This document shows positions 61,201 through 64,000 of a DNA stretch of 64,000 nucleotides, one piece after another. The stretch's first letter is position 1. Each line of letters opens with the position of its first letter. A program made the translations under genes and the position numbers. Origin of the DNA: Klebsormidium nitens (lineage: Eukaryota > Plantae > Klebsormidiophyceae); contig DF237058.1 in NCBI GenBank assembly GCA_000708835.1, positions 124,001 through 188,000 on the forward strand, in the 5' to 3' direction. The notes under the pieces were generated by a model that saw nothing but the letters and a program-made list of their open reading frames with translations, was not told the origin of the DNA and ran no database searches.

Positions 61201-61323
61201 TGTTTGCATCTGACCGGTAGACTTCTCGTCTTGCAGTTGGAAATGTACAAGGAGGCCTTGAAAGCTCTCAAGGAGGGCGGCATGGGCTACGGCACGAAAG
61301 CAGGCGCTTTCTCAAGAATGTAA
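58255..61323 (+). CDS. Peroxisomal delta3,delta2-enoyl-CoA isomerase-like crotonase, 237 aa, with alternative exon 6A/6B
   Basis: Exons 58255-58322, 58539-58584, 58917-59024, 59223-59296, 59811-59901, [60139-60230 or 60296-60387], 60615-60762, 61237-61323. Motifs GRFFSNGLDL, PTVAAINGHAAAGGFMLALAHDY, LYLSE; C-terminal SRM* is a plant PTS1. Confidence 0.92.
60139..60230 (+). other. Alternative exon 6A (92 nt)
   Basis: cccacag|...|gtgagc; encodes IDIGNGLRPGTCALVRCKMSPSVFRTAALF(G); open frame, phase 0 to 2. Confidence 0.7.
60296..60387 (+). other. Alternative exon 6B (92 nt)
   Basis: ttttgcag|...|gtgagg; encodes VDIGLPLTPGMNAIVRCKMSPSVFRSAALF(G); open frame, phase 0 to 2; closer to the family consensus. 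Confidence 0.85.
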
Positions 61324-61329
61324 TTTCTG

Positions 61330-62020
61330 GACGATTCGTGTTTATAGCAGCACTCTGTATCATACATATGAATTCGGTACATCCGTTCACCATGCACATG
61401 AGGATAATCACGCACGTTGTGATCAAGTTTTACAAGACACGTATACTTCGATTCATTGCTTCAATATGGTCATGTACGGAGAAGGACCTTCGCGATGCCA
61501 TCGTCAAAACGGAGACCCCCTTATTGCGTCTCTTTGATCGTGTTTACCGTTACATCAAAATCCTACAAGTGACCGTGTACGTTAACAGGTAGACCGTCCG
61601 CGTCACCCTAGACATGATTTTGAATTGATATGCATCATAGTCGATTTTGAGGCGTCGGGTGTGCCAGGCGTGTTTATGCAATAACACGCCTCATGAAGCC
61701 GCCTCATACGGAGGTGGCGGTGGCCCTCCGTATTCATCTATAATCATTTCCGCAACCTCCGTTAACTGATCTACTAATTGATTGCGGTGATGAAATCAAG
61801 TTCGCAGCTTCTCCATCGATATCAAACGTGTATGCAACTTGTTTTGCAACGTGCATTAAAACATACCGTCAATAATCACGTCGATCGGCATGCAAGATCA
61901 TTCGCATGCATGGCTGCCTCGAAATCGTGACCGCGCTTTTTCATGACAGCTAGGTGCATGCAGCCAGCAGCGACTGTATACACTCATGCGTGCGTGTACG
62001 CGTGTGAGTGTAGTGCGGCC
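61330..62020. other. Hairpin-dense CATG/TGCA-rich intergenic island between convergent 3' ends
   Basis: Stems aggcgtgtt/aacacgcct 61666-61691, atacggagg/cctccgtat 61706-61733, tacactca/tgagtgta 61979-62012. Confidence 0.55.
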
Positions 62021-62626
62021 TGCGACCGGATGCCTGCCAGCGAACATATTGGAAAATAGAGTTTTGTGACAACAAGAACGATTGTCTCTCTTAATCTCTC
62101 AGGGTAAAAGTGTCCCGACGTCCCAACGTTTCCACAACTCTTTGTACTTCGGTTAACACGGATGCATGCTTCTCTAAACGGAAAGCTGTTCAGCGATGCG
62201 CGCAGCTCTACAGAATCCCCCGTATTCAATCCCCAGACGGTCCAGTTGCGCTAGCACGTAATCTGACTGTCAATCCACTGATTGTTGCAGTGCTGCCAAA
62301 ATTGAATGGTACTATCGCGAGCGGGTGTGCAGTCCTGTCGCTGCGTCCTATGATTGTCAATTAAACTCATCCTGCAGCTTGCAGGTACAATCTGGTATCG
62401 AGACTCCTGGGCTCAAAAACGTGTTAGCCTATACCCAGCTTATTATTGAGATCGACAGTTAAGAGCGCAGATAAGACACGGTCAAAACAATCTACTTTAT
62501 TTTCCATTACTCGACACCCTCGTTGGATCCGTACGTTACAGCCCGTTGCCAGCAATCACGCAAAGCTGCCAAAACAGTAATTCTCTGTATGTCTCTCGCT
62601 TCCTCGCTGCAAACACGCCCCGCCGC

Positions 62627-63688
62627 TCACCGATACACTGGCGTCGGCAGCCCCTCGAAGCGCGCCTTCAGCTGAAGCGCCACGAGAAGCGACCCGAAGC
62701 GCGTCTGCACCAGCCCGCCAATGTGAAACCATAACCCTTCCTGCGCCGTCGGCTTATAGATGTTGCGCAGCTCCCCCTCCCACGGCCCCGGGTCTCCGTC
62801 TAACCCCGACCCATAACCCCAGAGAGGCCCCACTTTCGCCGCGACCTCGGGTGACGTCACTCGGGCGACGACCTCGCTCACCGGCCGCGAGCCTGTCGCG
62901 TAGACGATGACGTCAGCCGGGACCTGGCTCCCGTCCGTTAGAACGACCGTGCGCTCGGTGACCTTTTCCACGCCCCCGCTCCGAACCTTTATCTCGCCGC
63001 TTGCGATCAGATAGGACGCCCCCATGTTGTAGTAATACCCCGTGGCAGTGCGGTTAAGCAACCCCGCTAAACCCGACCCATCTTCCGCGAAGTGGACCCT
63101 GAACCCCCGCTCGCGCAGCCGCTCGTGCAGATCGCCGTCGCGCCTCTTTATTTCTTCAACCATCGGGGCTTGGAACGGCGCAACCAGCCGATATGGCGTG
63201 GAAACCATGAGCAGGTCCGCGTGTTGCTGACTCATCGGCGAGCTGTCGTGGAAGAGAGGGTCGACGTAGACCGCCGCGAGCGTCTCCGAGCGGATGACGA
63301 ACACGGGCGAGCGCTGCACCATGGTGACGTCAGCGCCCTTCTCCCAGAGGTCTTGCGCCACGTCGTGCCCCGACGTTCCCGTCCCGATCACGACGCACTT
63401 CTTCCCGGCGAAATCCGCGCCCCCGCAACCGTGCCGGCTGGAGTGGTGCTGCGACCCCCCAAAGATTTCAGCGCCCGAGAAATCCGGAACCCGGGGATCC
63501 CCGTACATCCCGGTACAGAGGACCAGGTGTTTGGGGCGGAGGGTTAGGGTTTTGCCGTCGGGGCGGGTTACAGCTACGGCCCACTCTTTGCTTTCGTCGT
63601 CGAAGGTGGAGGACTCAACGCTGCTGTGGGACCACACGTTGACGTTCATGATTTTGACGTAAGCCTCAATCCAGTCACCCATCTCGTC
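62627..63688 (-). CDS. Flavin-containing monooxygenase (bacterial/fungal-type FMO), large 3' exon; gene continues beyond the window
   Basis: Acceptor tcttcag| at 63689, then 1062 nt open. FMO motif FGGSQHHSSRH, NADPH motif VIGTGTSG, C-terminal DPGPWEGELRNIYKPTAQEGLWF...LQLKARFEGLPTPVY. The stop overlaps a possible donor (cg|gtgagc), so a tiny last exon is possible. Confidence 0.88.
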   Translation of the reverse strand, partial: DEMGDWIEAYVKIMNVNVWSHSSVESSTFDDESKEWAVAVTRPDGKTLTLRPKHLVLCTGMYGDPRVPDFSGAEIFGGSQHHSSRHGCGGADFAGKKCVVIGTGTSGHDVAQDLWEKGADVTMVQRSPVFVIRSETLAAVYVDPLFHDSSPMSQQHADLLMVSTPYRLVAPFQAPMVEEIKRRDGDLHERLRERGFRVHFAEDGSGLAGLLNRTATGYYYNMGASYLIASGEIKVRSGGVEKVTERTVVLTDGSQVPADVIVYATGSRPVSEVVARVTSPEVAAKVGPLWGYGSGLDGDPGPWEGELRNIYKPTAQEGLWFHIGGLVQTRFGSLLVALQLKARFEGLPTPVYR

Positions 63689-64000
63689 CTGAAGAAGAAG
63701 GGCGGAATATCGGTCAGCGAGGAAACAGAAGAGGTGGGACGTGATTCTCAAGTAATGGTTGATCCAGTCAGCCGTCTCGTCTTAAGAAGAACGGAGCAAT
63801 AGGGTGGAGATCGGTGAAAGCTTGAAGCTGCAGGAGGCTTGAACATTCCTGCTTCTTTTCGTACACTTTTGTAAAGGGCCGGTGACTTTTGGGACTTCAG
63901 TAAGGGCTTGAGATGGGCTCCGTTCTGGTCAGCGGGATGTTCCCAAGAATGTATACGAATCCGTTGTGAGCAAGGAGGCAGAGTTCCTCCATTGACAGGC

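Noticed and set aside
62627-63688. Calling the FMO a YUCCA auxin-synthesis enzyme
   Set aside because: It lacks the YUCCA-type WLVVATGEN motif (has HLVLCTGMY), and the C-terminus fits a different FMO family.

Overview
Intron-rich eukaryotic nuclear DNA with GT-AG introns and one probable GC-AG intron. Gene content and style best fit a charophyte green alga such as Klebsormidium (inference). Splicing by hand gave frame-consistent models for VMP1 (-), an unrecognised 81-aa two-repeat microprotein (+), REV1 (-), COX15 (+), a 3-dehydroquinate synthase II-like gene (+), a 1-Cys peroxiredoxin (+), a PPPDE-like papain-fold protein (-), RAF1 (+), an aldo/keto reductase with a Tat-like signal (-), a peroxisomal enoyl-CoA delta-isomerase (+), and a large exon of a bacterial-type flavin monooxygenase (-, runs off the window). 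There are also a decayed partial VMP1 duplicate and a tandemly duplicated, disrupted nuclease-like/kinase (Crinkler-like) locus. Highlights: (1) two tandem 92-nt exons in the isomerase that are both intact, differ mostly at synonymous sites, and can only be used one at a time (candidate mutually exclusive splicing); (2) the microprotein, whose second repeat is completed by two microexons; (3) near-strict alternation of gene orientation, with palindrome/hairpin-dense CATG/TGCA-rich islands at the tail-to-tail junctions; (4) a peroxiredoxin intron that has grown by tandem copying of both of its splice junctions. No rRNA, tRNA, CRISPR array or transposase was recognised. All models are manual and none has transcript or database confirmation.
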